Shown piece by piece: positions 51,001-60,700 of a stretch of 64,000 nt of DNA. The notes under the pieces were generated by a model that saw nothing but the letters and a program-made list of their open reading frames with translations, was not told where the DNA came from and made no database searches. The stretch's first letter is position 1, and each line of letters starts with the position of its first letter. Source of the stretch: Podarcis liolepis (taxonomy: Eukaryota). The stretch lies in NCBI GenBank assembly GCA_965112155.1, contig OZ218107.1. One strand, 5' to 3'. A program made the position numbers and the translations under genes.

Positions 51001-54000
51001 CTGTATACCTGCTGCTGCGAACCAGGAGGGTTATCCAACCATAGGTGCTTGCCTTTAGTCTAGGGTTGCCATATTTCAAAAAGCGAAAATCCAGACACAA
51101 AAGCTGTCGAGCTTTTGGGGGGGGGGTGCGCGCGTACAAAGTAGCTGGGCAATTTTTTCTTTCTTTCTTTTTTGAAACAGTACAAGCCCCTCTCTCCAGC
51201 ACTGCTACTCTGGAAGCCTTTTGGCTGAAGTGAAGAGTACAAATGCTATAAACAAACAGATAGATAAACAGACTTCAACGTGGATGAAGATCATGTAGAG
51301 AGGGCCCAGATCATATTCAGGGGGAGACTTGCTCCACATATCCACCTTCCATTGCTGCAAATGTATGAACTGGGGCACTGCAGATATAATCTAGAAAACA
51401 CATCTTCTCCAAAGATCTAGATCTAAGTTTTTCCTACTCCTCCCAGAAACTACGAATCACCTCTTCTAGTCTTGTTGTGTTTCATATGAACACACTCTTC
51501 CACAGTGGTCATAATAATTTCACTGGGTATCATCCTTGTAAGTCATGCTGATTAATACAACAGGGAGGATACAGCCAATACAGTACAAGTATACATTACA
51601 GCATGCCCCCTTTGTACTTTGTTTATTTAGTGCTGTTGCCTTCGCTCATCAAGAGGATGAGACGCTGACAAACTAATGAAAAAATATTCCCACTTGGTTG
51701 CACATTAGATGTCAGTTGCATTTTACGCCTGACCTACTTGACAGTGTGTTGCTGCTGTCATGAGTGCCAACATTCATGAAAGTAGGTAAGGTGAACACTA
51801 GTCTAACTTTCAACGGTGAGCAACTGTATGGGGGGGGGGGCAAGGTTTCAATTATAATCCACGCAGCTCTTTTTCAAACAGAAACAAGAAGTTCAGAGTT
51901 CAACCAGAACTTATCGTCAAGAATCAGAAGCCCAAAGCTTTAAGCATAGTACCTGTGGTCACCAGGGTTTGCCCAGTCGCAAGGGACAAGGTCCTATGTT
52001 GCACCCTTGAAACACAGTACAATGTCCATGACAAACTAAAGGGCTTAGAGGTGAGCAGAGTCTTGCTGGCTTTCTCTATGTTGCCTGTTGCATTTCAAAA
52101 ATTCCAATTGCCCACTGGATGCAAAAACTAGTTTCCACCCACATTTGGGGGCGTGGAAGGAGCAGAAATCACCAAGAGTGGAGGTCAGCTGTCCCTCTCT
52201 GCAGCTCCTGTATTGCAGCCCCGTCTGACAACTTGCCATGACAGGGTGGCAGCGTGGGAGCACAATTGTTGAATCTGTTTGGTTAGCAGCTCTGCAGAAC
52301 TGAAATGTATTTTAAACCTCATCCACTGAAGAACAGCCATAATATGTTTTGCTTTACTACTTTGTTAAACTCAGAATTCAAGAAAAAGCAGCACAATAAC
52401 TTATTTTGATGGGCAGTCATAGGAAGAATACAGCTTTATGGAGTTTCATGAGACACACACTGGAGATAAAAATACTATTATTTTTTCCCCTCGGCTGTGA
52501 ATGGAACACACACTTTTCTTTACAAGAGTTAGGAAGTGGGTCTCAGGTTTGTTCTTAACAAGAGCATTGAACCTTCTAAACTCCATCTCCCCACCACACA
52601 GCTGATACAGCTTCAAATGAACTAAGCCCATCTAATCAATCAGTTGTGGCAGAACATTTCAAAGCAAAAGATGGCTACAGGATAGCAGTGAACTTGAGGA
52701 ACATTAATGATCTCCAAGGAGAAATCACAATCCTTCGTTTCTCTTCATTCTGTATTACCACCAGCAGCAACTGGAAATATGATATAAAAGCAGGCAGCCA
52801 CGCAGGCTCTGGCTATTTACAGAAGCAGAAGAGGAAACAGAGCTTGACCTCATGCTGCAATTTAAAGTATAGGGACGCTTCTGTGAGGCACTCATTTGTG
52901 TCAAACTATCATCTGGGAACAATTAACACACTAGAAAAAGATGCATGTGTTGAGTGGCCCAGCAGCACAAGTGCTTTTTCTGTGAGCTAAATGAAAGTAT
53001 CAATCATTCTCATGTGGACACTTTCAGCCATGAAAGTGACTCTCCCATCACATTAAATTGTAATATGAGGGAATAAGCTGCCAAAGACAGAGAATGCCCA
53101 GATGTCAACATTGAAATCTGGACACAAAAAAGCTCTAATCCTGCACTGTAGGTGGTATAAAATCCAAATGAGCTAGAGAACAAAATTTCTTACCCAGTGC
53201 ATCACCTGGAGATGCATATACAATTATTTTGTTTTTATAACTCCAGGCTGTGAATGCCACTCACACAAATGAAGTGCCAGAGGTCCCTGCCATGAAGGCA
53301 TTACAGTCAAAAATTCAACAAAGAGGAAACATAGGAAGTAGATATGGTTATCTCAGTCATACATATTTAAATGTGTATGGAGTGTTAGGGGAGGGGTAGT
53401 ACCTCTGATAAGGGACATGTCATGCTCCTTCTGAGGTAGCCTATACATCTTTGGTCCCCACCCTGCACTCAGCTCTCACCTGTGACTCCTAGAAGCTGTC
53501 GGCAAGCAACAGCAGCCACATGTTGGGAATGGCTTCAACTGGCTGGCTAAACCAGGTGAGGGTAGCCAATGGGTCCCAAACACTCTGTGAATTACGGACT
53601 GCACCTGCGTGCAAAAACAGGCTTTGGCAGACTGAGTGGACAAAACCAAGAATTGATTCAACGGTCAAGAAGGTTGTTTCTGCACTTGCTGTAGAGGGAA
53701 CTGAGGGGCAGATGGAGCTAGTCAACCTGGGAAGGTATCTCATCTAAGAGATGGAAAACTGATGTTCTCAGACATGTTTTATTTCAAATTAAAATCACAG
53801 GTCCAAGTGCCCTGAAAGCATACAAACAAGCTTTGGATATTTCTAGAAATGAGTTGATTGTCTCGAAATGTATATGTAATTGTTTCTCTGTGCCATGCTT
53901 TACCAACTAGCTGAATAATTGTAGACTAATAAATAATATATGTTGGATGTAGTAACTTACTCTGCCCAGAGGACTCATTGGATGTGCAGCATAATCCGAT

Positions 54001-56272
54001 GTCAAATTATAGTGTGCAGCTTCACCTATCATGTTTACTTGCCGGTCTTTCTTTTCTTCAGATGACATAGTTGCTGCAGTCCTGAAAATAGAATATGCAA
54101 CAAGACTAGAGCCTGCTGTGTATGTAGACTGCTATTAAAAAAGCATCTGTAGCTGTCCTTTCGTAAAGGGTATATATGCTATTCATACAATTTCCCAGAT
54201 GCTGTAGCAGAATTGTGCAATTTTTAAAAGAAAACACTATGTTGTTAAATTATGCTTTATCGATTCTCAATAGATCAGTCTCTATAAATAGAACAACTGC
54301 AATCTACACAATTTGTTTACATACATGCATGACATTATCCCTAAGGTATAGTGAAGCTTTTGGTTTCTTTTCCAGAGGATCTCCTGCCTTTCTTTCTCCT
54401 ACTTCCAGCACTACCTTCTCATGCCTGCATGAGTACTGGAAAAGAACGAAAGGGCTTGGATGAATTTGGTATGCACATTCTCCTGGATACACAAACCTGT
54501 ATTAACAGAATGACTGACCACTTTAGTAACTCAGCTGCATACAAATGCTTAGAAAATCTATGCAAAATGAAGTTACAGGTTGATTCTCTGTAGCTGTAAG
54601 CCTTTGCAATGGATGAGTTCAGGTATGCCTAGAGCAATCAAGAGCTTGGCAAGACTTCCACTCCTCCTGCATTATTTGAGAGTCCAATCTCTATCCCTCA
54701 AGTATTGCTCCAGGCAGACAAGTATATTATAGATACTTCTAGAACTACAACTAAACTTAATTACTCTGCTCTTTTTAAAGATCTGAATTTCTTGAATGAC
54801 AGCAAAATCACCAGAGACAAAGGAAATGCTGGTAGTCAAAAGAAGGAGAGAGAAGTCAAGAGGATAGCAGGGAAATATTGGTAAGCCAAATGAATCTAGG
54901 AGGAGCAGGGTTGAGAAGCTATGCAAGGAAAAGCAGAAGTCAGGCCAAGAGAGCAAAGCTGAAGTCTGATCTGTGAATATGCTGAACAGTAGACAGTAGA
55001 GCTTCAAAACAAGCTTCAAACAGTTTGGACTGGGGAAAACAGCAAACTGATTGTGTACTAAGCCATCCACAAAATGAACAGAGAGGATGAACTGGTGAAA
55101 AGTATGTGGTCTTGTGATATTGGGGGGGATTAAATAATGAGGATGCTCTTTGTAATCACCTTCCACAACCCAGGAGAATAACAGTATCTTGATTGTGTTG
55201 GAAGCGTCAGTAACTTAGTACTGGATCTTAAGTTTTCCAGCCATTATGGCCTGTTTGGTTTTAAATAAATGCACCATTTATGGCACTGATTGCTATAACA
55301 TGGCAACAGTGGTGATGACACTCATTCAGGCTTCATTTTAGTGAACAATGAATGACGACCAAATGGAGTGGAGTGGGAGAATCAAATAGAACAGCAGCAA
55401 TGTCTCATTGACCAATAGTTAAGTAAGGAGTGGGGGATCTCAAGATGTTGCTGAAATACAACTCCTGTCAGCCCCAGCAAACAGGACCAATGACCAGAGC
55501 TTATGAGAGTTGTAGTTCAGCAACATCTGGAGGGTCAAAGCCTCCCTACTCACTGCAGTATAGTACAGCATAGTGATCTCACCAAAACTGATTCACCCTC
55601 TCGGTAAGCAAACAGAATGGTTCTAAACATGCCTGTACCCAAAAAGGAAAGGCACGATGGAGTAGTTTCAAACTTAAAAAGCTTAAATTCTAAACTTTTT
55701 GCCCAGGCCTTGCTTCTTTTTAAAAAATTCTCTACTGAACATGTAATTAACAACAAAAACATGCTAATCCTACAACTTGATTTAAAATGCAAGAAGCAGA
55801 AATATACAGAAAACATTCAACAATTAAAATAAGTCAACTTAAAACATTAATTTAGTAGAAATGTATCTTGTGCCTATTATAAAATTTTTACCCAACTGTT
55901 ATGATGTGCACATATGCATGTCTGTGGACCACTTCCTAAAAGCAGGGAAAGCAAGGAAATATTCAGTCTTTCTTTTGCTATGAGGTCATGACATTATGGA
56001 CATTATGTAATATAAAAGACAGACTGACCTACATAAGGGCATTCTTGGCTACTTGGAATGTTTGAAAAATAACATGCAGTCATCTGGCCAGACAATTGAC
56101 AATATTTGACTGGTCAACTGACTGGCAGGTCCACACTAATGTGAATAACTGTTAAATTCTGTATTCATTGAGCAAAACAATCACTTACTGTTCATTCACA
56201 ACAAAAATGCAGTTGTCCTGCGATGGCTGCCCTGTGACTGGATGCTTGCAAGTCACTTTTCGTTCATTGTGA
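379..56272 (-). CDS. PLEKHA5: PLEKHA5 (WW-PH-coiled-coil, PEPP2), partial gene model of 17 coding exons; gene extends beyond both window edges
   Basis: Exon peptides match the human PLEKHA5 sequence as I recall it, in the correct order. All junctions are GT-AG with compatible phases, giving 2384 nt in one open frame. Confidence 0.97.
1447..1548 (-). CDS. PLEKHA5: PLEKHA5 exon, 102 nt: ELERAWREYDKLEYDVTVTKNHMQEQLERLGEVQ
   Basis: tatttag|GAG...CAG|gtgcga. Confidence 0.96.
1987..2136 (-). CDS. PLEKHA5: PLEKHA5 exon, 150 nt: YTLEQALLSASQEIEMNAENPAAIQ...CREVSRATA
   Basis: accatag|TAT...GCA|gtaagt. Confidence 0.96.
2271..2351 (-). CDS. PLEKHA5: PLEKHA5 exon, 81 nt: TKLSRLCEQDKVVQALEEKLQQLHKEK (coiled coil)
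   Basis: acactag|ACT...AAA|gtagga. Confidence 0.95.
3378..3440 (-). CDS. PLEKHA5: PLEKHA5 exon, 63 nt: LTQDECRGTLYKYRSEDLDID
   Basis: attatag|CTG...GAT|gtaagt. Confidence 0.94.
6070..6269. other. Assembly gap (200 N)
   Basis: Run of exactly 200 N, probably a fixed-size placeholder. Confidence 0.99.
8359..8439 (-). CDS. PLEKHA5: PLEKHA5 cassette exon, 81 nt: MKENEPLIIMVHTMIENSALRPQLYHQ
   Basis: gaaatag|ATG...CAA|gtaagg; phase 0-0. Confidence 0.9.
10281..10522. mobile_element. Tc1/mariner-pogo (Tigger-like) MITE with internal (TTAGCGGC/GGATCAGCTGATAAGC) tandem repeats
   Basis: TIRs CAGTGGTGCCTCACAAGATGAA / TTCGTCTTGTGGGGCACCACTG; TA on both sides. Confidence 0.85.
11867..11920 (-). CDS. PLEKHA5: PLEKHA5 cassette exon, 54 nt: NEILSHHLQRNAIYLDHQ
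   Basis: ttgctag|AAT...CAG|gtggga; phase 0-0. Confidence 0.9.
12705..12824 (-). CDS. PLEKHA5: PLEKHA5 cassette exon, 120 nt: PEELTLLLIKLRRQQAELSSIREHTLAQLMQLKLEASSPK
   Basis: ccttcag|CCA...AAG|gtcagc; matches the long-isoform insert as recalled. Confidence 0.93.
13667..13990. mobile_element. Probable PIF/Harbinger-type MITE
   Basis: Imperfect TIRs GGGTTTTATCCAATTGTGTCC / GGACACAATTGGATGCAACCC. Confidence 0.6.
14077..14202. mobile_element. Degraded hAT (URR1-like) MITE
   Basis: CAGGGATGGGGAA...GGATGATGGGAAGT...TTCCCCACTCCT; resembles the intact copy at 50409. Confidence 0.6.
14570..14817 (-). mobile_element. CR1 LINE 3' fragment
   Basis: CTCCATGAATTTGTCTAA...CCAAGTTGGTGGCCATCAC is the reverse complement of the CR1 ORF2 end (LDKFME motif). 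Confidence 0.7.
15133..15172 (-). ncRNA. Minimal type-I hammerhead ribozyme motif, sense to the PLEKHA5 pre-mRNA
   Basis: Exact reverse complement of 15180-15219. Confidence 0.8.
15180..15219 (+). ncRNA. Minimal type-I hammerhead ribozyme motif
   Basis: GGTAT-CTGAAGA-A-GTGTG(CATG)CACAC-GAAA-GC-TC^-ATACC: stem I, CUGANGA box, stem II, GAAA, palindromic AGCT stem III, UH cleavage site. Confidence 0.8.
15320..15668 (-). mobile_element. Sauria SINE (Squam1), full length
   Basis: Head GGGACGCGGGTGGTGCTGTGGGTTAAACC on the minus strand, ACCTTT-type tail; TSD ATCCTAATATATTA at 15066-15079 and 15671-15684. Confidence 0.9.
16996..17079 (-). CDS. PLEKHA5: PLEKHA5 exon, 84 nt: HVFVPDRRSMPAGLSVQPITPQSLQGKT
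   Basis: aagcag|CAT...ACG|gtgagt. Confidence 0.95.
17380..18476. mobile_element. Non-autonomous pogo/Tigger-like DNA transposon (1.1 kb)
   Basis: Perfect 26-bp TIR CCGTATTTTTCGCTCTATAACACGCA, TA TSD, subterminal ATAACACGCAC repeats. Confidence 0.9.
17515..17914. repeat. 159-bp tandem repeat, about 2.5 copies, inside the transposon
   Basis: Units start TGTGCTCTGATGGTGAATT at 17515, 17674 and 17833. Confidence 0.9.
18900..19410 (+). mobile_element. CR1 LINE 3' end
   Basis: Degenerate GHPMKL..KRKYFFT..LWN..LDKFM, then a CR1 3'UTR ending GGCCTGATCCAGCAAGGCTCTTATG. Confidence 0.8.
19460..19650 (-). mobile_element. L2-type LINE 3' fragment
   Basis: TTTATTT tail followed by CTGGGCAGTTTACAA...AAGGCCTTCTC; recognised from memory. 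Confidence 0.45.
19760..19885. mobile_element. hAT-type MITE
   Basis: 8-bp direct repeat GGAACATC at 19752-19759 and 19886-19893; internal duplicated GAGGTGC..AACT motif. Confidence 0.6.
20185..20653 (-). CDS. PLEKHA5: PLEKHA5 exon, 469 nt: (G)IISYQTLPRNMPSHR...MWQLYEWQQRQ...RRHRPHHTK
   Basis: gtttcag|C...AAG|gtgaga; track ORF 19990..20634. Confidence 0.96.
24858..25108 (-). mobile_element. tRNA-derived CORE/MIR-like squamate SINE (Squam3-like)
   Basis: Minus-strand head AGCCAGCATGGTGTAGTGGTTAAGAG (A box), core GGGTGACCTTGGGCTAGTCAC, (CTT)n tail. Confidence 0.8.
25385..25500 (+). mobile_element. L2-type LINE 3' end with (ATT)n tail
   Basis: GGAAGCCGCCCAGAGTGGCT...GGGCGGGGTATAAATAA then (ATT)n. 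Confidence 0.7.
25675..25739. repeat. Minisatellite (ATCATTTCAGGA), about 5 copies
   Basis: Five TCATTTCAGGA units about 100 bp into the intron after the 465-nt exon. Confidence 0.85.
25842..26306 (-). CDS. PLEKHA5: PLEKHA5 exon, 465 nt: (R)ADKMTAENTPP...LEQWIKIQRGKGQDEETR(G)
   Basis: ttttttag|A...AGAGG|gtaagt; track ORF 25838..26329. Confidence 0.96.
27194..27405. mobile_element. Harbinger-type MITE related to 13667-13990
   Basis: Imperfect TIRs GGATTGTATCCAATGCTG / CAGCATTGGATGAAACCC. Confidence 0.5.
27620..28340 (-). mobile_element. Degenerate non-LTR retrotransposon ORF2 C-terminus (RTE-X-like), split by a SINE
   Basis: SLRFAF|TELHFQAMPSAVLDGQYNRVPYEDRLCICG...HCLLYCPLY (frameshifted CCHC knuckle); frame rejoins when the SINE and one TSD copy are removed. 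Confidence 0.65.
27952..28312 (+). mobile_element. Sauria SINE, full length, young
   Basis: A box GTGGCGCTGTGGG at 27961, B box GGTTTGAATCC at 28015, (ACCTTT)n tail; 14-bp TSD TAAAAGCAAATCTA at 27938-27951 and 28313-28326. Confidence 0.93.
31690..32095 (-). mobile_element. CR1 LINE 3' end
   Basis: Track ORF 31935..32168 contains KTWGHPVKLHIRRFRTNKRKYFTQ, typical of the CR1 ORF2 tail. Confidence 0.8.
33290..33405 (-). CDS. PLEKHA5: PLEKHA5 exon, 116 nt: AAHPNMRTYYFCTDTGKEMELWMKAMIDAALVQTEPVK(R) (PH C-terminal helix)
   Basis: caatcag|GCA...AAAAG|gtaaca. Confidence 0.96.
34970..35070 (-). CDS. PLEKHA5: PLEKHA5 exon, 101 nt: (D)EKEEGILGSILLPSFQISMLSSEDHINRKYAFK
   Basis: ttcctag|AT...AAG|gtaaga. 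Confidence 0.96.
36514..36959 (-). mobile_element. BovB (RTE) LINE derivative: ORF 3' end plus a short distinct head
   Basis: AFELWCWRRLLRVPWTARSSN...YFGHLMRREDSLEKTLMLGK...WRALVHGVTKSRTRL, (AAC) tail; 12-bp TSD AATAGATGCTCT at 36502-36513 and 36960-36971. Confidence 0.92.
38370..38600 (+). mobile_element. Old MIR/CORE-like SINE
   Basis: GTGTTGTAG-like A box, GGGTTCAAATC B box, CCTCATCTATAACATGG core. Confidence 0.55.
39370..39615. mobile_element. Tigger/pogo-like MITE
   Basis: TA-CAGTGGTACCTCTGGATG ... CATCCCGAGGTATGACTG-TA; CpG-rich. Confidence 0.8.
41911..41983 (-). CDS. PLEKHA5: PLEKHA5 exon, 73 nt: DSTGMKLWKKRWFVLSDLCLFYYR (PH basic phosphoinositide-binding motif)
   Basis: catacag|GAT...CGGG|gtaagt; inside track ORF 41885..42160. 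Confidence 0.96.
42640..42795 (+). mobile_element. CR1 3'UTR fragment
   Basis: Ends CTGATCCAGCAGGGCTCTTCTT, like the copy ending at 19410. Confidence 0.55.
44590..44880 (+). mobile_element. L2 LINE 3' fragment
   Basis: Degenerate QFKVL...FKTLHSLELKYL and APGFWNA, typical of the L2 ORF2 tail. Confidence 0.6.
45517..45662 (-). mobile_element. tRNA-headed SINE with CR1-derived 3' end
   Basis: Minus strand reads GATAGCTCAGTTGGTTGGAG (A box), GCAGGTTTGATCTC (B box), TTGGACTAGATGACCCTCAGGGTCACTTCCAACTCTA; partial relatives near 26411 and 49847. Confidence 0.7.
47108..47212 (-). CDS. PLEKHA5: PLEKHA5 exon, 105 nt: TSRSSKKVHNFGKRSNSIKRNPNAPVVRRGWLYKQ (PH domain start)
   Basis: ttttttag|ACA...CAG|gtatta. 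Confidence 0.96.
47735..47948 (+). mobile_element. L2-type LINE 3' end
   Basis: TTCCGCAGGGCCTGCAAGACAGAGCTGTTC (FRRACKTELF), then GTTAGCCGCTCTGAGCC. Confidence 0.65.
47949..48032. repeat. Compound microsatellite (GTT)15(ATT)13
   Basis: Direct reading; forms the tail of the preceding LINE. Confidence 0.97.
50409..50543. mobile_element. Intact hAT (URR1-like) palindromic MITE
   Basis: TIR CAGGCATAGGCAAACT / AGTTTGCCCATGCCTG; perfect 8-bp TSD CATTATAT; older relatives near 9795, 14077, 25230, 45250 and 55430. Confidence 0.9.
53410..53765 (+). mobile_element. Possible RTE-clade LINE 5' region
   Basis: Resembles squamate RTE 5'UTR (GGGAAGG..CATCTAAGAGATGGAAAACT) from memory only. Confidence 0.35.
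53961..54081 (-). CDS. PLEKHA5: PLEKHA5 exon, 121 nt: (Q)TAATMSSEEKKDRQVNMIGEAAHYNLTSDYAAHPMSPLGR
   Basis: ttttcag|G...AGA|gtaagt; phase 2 to 0. Confidence 0.95.
56189..56272 (-). CDS. PLEKHA5: PLEKHA5 exon, 84 nt: (N)HNERKVTCKHPVTGQPSQDNCIFVVNE(Q), end of WW domain 2
   Basis: ccccacag|T...GAACA|gtaagt; not in the ORF track. Confidence 0.95.
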
Positions 56273-57544
56273 CTGTGGGGAGACAAAGTAGAGGAAATAT
56301 ATAAGCACATTACTCTTTTCTAAGCACAACTGCAAAATTCCGAGACAGCAGGCAGGCAGATTCATTATGGCATTAATTAGTGCATACGTGCAGCTTCTCA
56401 CAGTGATACAGTAACAACAACTGATGATACTTGAGGCAGGATATTTTTATTTTTAAACTCAAGCGTTTGGCAATCCTTTAGAGCTTAGCATAGAACATTT
56501 GTGGTAAGCATTCCCTCTCTATCCACATTAAGCCTGGATATAGTTAGAGGTTTATTTTTTTAAAGTTGCAAGCTAATGTTTTAACCCATGAATGAATATA
56601 ACCAGTGTGAGCAGTGGCTATCAACACAAGTTTTGATGGACTACACGCTGGGCTACATGAAAAGTAAAGGCAGATCTTAGGGGGAGGGCAGATATCATTA
56701 CTGAATTAAGGGGGGGGGGATCTTGAAAGAAGAATTCAAAGTCAGTTGGTTTCCCACAAACTGATCAAGTTGATCATATTCCTCATCAATACATCCCCTA
56801 TTCAGATTTGTATGGCAGAAGCCAGTTCCTGTTTATATACATACATACTTAGAGGAGAAAAGAATATATGCATGCATTAAATGTGTGTGTGCCAGCAAGC
56901 AAAAAACAAAAATATTTGTAATAAAGAAGTGCAGAAACCCGGATATCACTGGTAGAGCTGGCAGAGCACAGTGGTTAAGAAAGTGTATTAACTTTAAGGC
57001 CCTGGTTCAGTTCTCATCCGGGCCATGTATTCGTTGTGTGTCACACCTTTTCAGCCTCCTTACTGGAAACAGGTAGATAACAATCAGCCTACCCTGCCAG
57101 GATTGCTTACAATGCCTTTGTTCATGTGAAATGCTAGCTCAAATTAAGGCAAGGATGCCAGTGCACAGGGAGAAAGAGGTGCCTATTCTGCTGCTCCCCC
57201 ACTCCTGCTGTACTCACCCCGAGCTCATTATTGTTTGCTTCACTCCGAACAAACCACAAACAGCAGCTGCAGCCCCTGTCCCCACCCCGTGGTACCAGCC
57301 TAATGGCTGGGCTTACTGTTACATGCCAACAAGGCCAATATACAAGTAATGTTTTGACGCTTTAGGAAAACTAGAAGGCTGATTCAGATTTTTGTTTTAC
57401 TGATTGAAAATGCTCCCAACTCTGCAACACACTTGTATTGAAATCAGAATTTTGAGTCTTTTTCGGGTTGACATCCTACTTGGAAAAATTCAGTCTAGCA
57501 TTCTCCAGTGTTTTGCAAAGTTGTACATGGCACTTATCAATGGC

Positions 57545-57744
57545 ATTTCTGTGCACTCTGGCTTCCGTCATGGTGTCCCGTTGTGCTAGATGTAGTTTAG
57601 TTATGTTGGTCACATGACCTGGAAAGCTGTCTGCAGACAAACGCTGGCTCCCTCGGCCTGAAAAGCGAGGTGAGCACCGTACCCCATAGTCGCCTTTGAA
57701 TGGACTTAACCGTTCAGGGGTCCTTTACCTTTTTACATTTACCT
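57545..57744 (+). mobile_element. 5'-truncated Sauria SINE
   Basis: GGTCACATGACCTGGAAAGCTGTCTG...CAGGGGTCCTTTACCTTT tail. Confidence 0.8.
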
Positions 57745-60700
57745 GCATTGCACTATGATTGTGTATCACCAACTTTTCTGCCACACTATTCAGGCTTAGT
57801 CATTTAAATAAAAATCTGCATTTGATATGCTGCTCACCTTCAAAAACCCCTGGAGACTTACCTTCAGCAAGATAATCCTAGCAATTCCCTGGTTGGTACT
57901 TTTGTTAAAACTCTTTAGATCTTAATCACTTTGCAATTTCACACAGTCATGCTCTAATCATAAGTCCCGTTCCACACAAAAACCTACAGTACAAAATTAA
58001 AAGCTTTGTTCCTTGGCAAGAAGCATGATAAATACCACTTATAATAAATGCAAAGGGGTGAACAATCAGTCTCTTTTAGAACTTACATCCCTTATGGAGA
58101 AAGGCAATGTTCAGTGATTTAAAGGTTCCCACAATGCCTACTATGATACATAAAAAATGGGGCGACATCAGCCCTGGCACTGAACTTGGCTAACAATCAC
58201 AATTGTCATGTGTTTACATTTAATGCCTGATTAAGTTTCTTTTGGGAAACTGCTTCTGCAACCTGAGTATAATCTGAATATCTTGGCTGTGAGTCTTGAA
58301 AGACCTGCACCCTGGCCTGGGAGGGCGGAGCCCTGACTGACTCCAGCTACAAAAACAGAGGCTGCTGGACAGAATATTGGATTAGGATATTGTGTCTTTT
58401 GGGGGATGCTGCTTTTATTGATTTTTTTTTTGTATCTTTATTTTTAGATTGTACTATGATTTATGTGGAAATTGTTCAATTTGGTTGTGTGCGTATGTAT
58501 GTTTTCTTAATAGAGGGGAACAGAAAATCAATCAATTCCTAGGATTAAAATCTGTAAAATCCTTAACTTGTAAAAACATATAGTCTTCTAGTCTAGAACA
58601 ATATGGATGTGGTTCATATATTGGTCCAATTTTCACTTATTTGAAATTTATCAAATCTTATCTCTTGTAAAGAGTTACCTAAAATATGCATCAGGAATAA
58701 AGAGCAGCATATTCTTTCCATCACTATGGTTCTTCTAGGATGGAATAATTCAGAAATTTCAAAACCACAAATAGGAATGTGGGAAATCAGGGTCTCTTTC
58801 ACACGCAGGTGACCCAACCATGACACAAGGCAAGGTAGCCACAGATTTTGCATGACATAAATGGCAAGAGAATAGAAGACAGGCAGATCTGTCCCATAGA
58901 GTAAAATTCTCCAGTGTAAGTTCCACTGAAATGAATGAAAGCTGTCCTAAATATATTACCATGTGGCGTGCTAATTAGGAGGGGGTGCTATTTGAATTTT
59001 CCATTTCTGGTACAGCACTAGTTTGTCCCCACTTTCCTCATTCATGCCTGGGTGCTGGAAGGTAATCCTAGGTGTTTGCTGTTATGCTCATTTAACCTCA
59101 CTGTTCCAGAATTCAACAGCAGTCCTGCCTTCTGAAGTCTGCACACAGTTGAAAGCAGAAACATGACAAGTCAAAGCATTAGTTACATGACAGCCATGAA
59201 TACACCCACTGCCAGAAGAAGACTGGGATGGCAGCCTGTGCTTACTGTTGGGAACAGTAGCTTCTGTGCTACATCTTGACAACACCATTTTAAAAGAGGA
59301 GTAGAGGGGTGTGTGTGTGTGAAAGAGCAAGTAGATTTTTAAGGAAAGGGGAGAATATATTGCAAACACAAACCAAAGGTAAGAGAAATTGTTCTTAGAA
59401 AACCCGCTTTCTTTATGATCAACTGTTATGTACTGCCACATTTTCCTCAACATTGAAGGATAAATGTGGAATGCACAGACTTTTCTCAGTTGCAAAGAGG
59501 GTGATTTCCCTGTTTTATTGTAATTTTGTCTGCTTTGTTGTCTACTTTAAGCTGCCTTAAAAACCTGGAAGGAGGCTTTTCAAAAACAAAGTTCCAATTT
59601 AAAAAATGGAAGAAAAAGGCCCTTAATGTGGAGAAACTTGCTGATGTGTTCACTTCAGGCCACTGTGAAGCCAGAAAAACTTCACCCATCTTGCATGGTG
59701 GAATACTGTCACATCACAAGACATGAGGTGGGTACAATTACAGCACAGTGCCTACAGGATGAATGAATGCTGTCATGTTATCCACCTATGAGGCAGATGC
59801 TGAACACTCAGACAAACATGCATCTCTCTCTGAGAAAGTAGCCAACGCATGTTACAGTTCAGAGTAGAAGATTGCAATCGTATGCATAGGTACTTGTAAG
59901 GAAGCCCTGCTGAACTGGGTAGGATTCCTAAGTAAACATGTGAAAGACTGGGTTATATGTCAGATTTGGGCCCAAAGATGTACTCAGATGCAAAGTCTGA
60001 CACATTCAGTTCAAGGGCATTTCAAGGGCATATGTTAATGCATGCTGATTGATTCAAATATTGATCCAAATCACTCAGTAAAACTGCTTTTTAAAAATAC
60101 ATGTATGGGTGTGCATACAGGGTTATTTTGGTTCCCTGAAAGCTGAATTTCTTTCACTATTTTAGTGTATGTATTCAAACAGTTTTTCAGCAGTGCAGAA
60201 ACGTCAGCACACAATTCTCATTTTCACAGAATAAAAGGCATTTGTTTATATCCAGAATCTATACTGGTGAAATCAATATTGAAAACAACACCCTCAATCT
60301 GAGTACCTATAGTTAACTATATAACTCAGTGACCCACAAAGAACTTCACTGTAAGGCTACAGAGGCAATCACTTCACTAATTAACAGTAACCAATTAGCT
60401 TTTGATTTGAATATTCGTGTTCCACTTGCACAACTCAAAACTGCAATTCCACTTTCCACTGTGCTCTTATTCTAGACAGACATTCCTAAAGCTTCCTAAG
60501 AAAAATAATTCAAAAGCCTTCCGACACACCTTGCTTGCTCTGTTAGGTGAACTGCAGCCCAATTCTGTGCTTCATTGCACAGCACATAATTCTAGAAGGT
60601 TCTCTTGCAGGCTAATTAATTCTACCTGCCTAGAATTCAAAGCAAGTTTAGAATTCCCTCTTCTAAAAAGTTAGCATTTATTCTCTCATTTCTATATACC

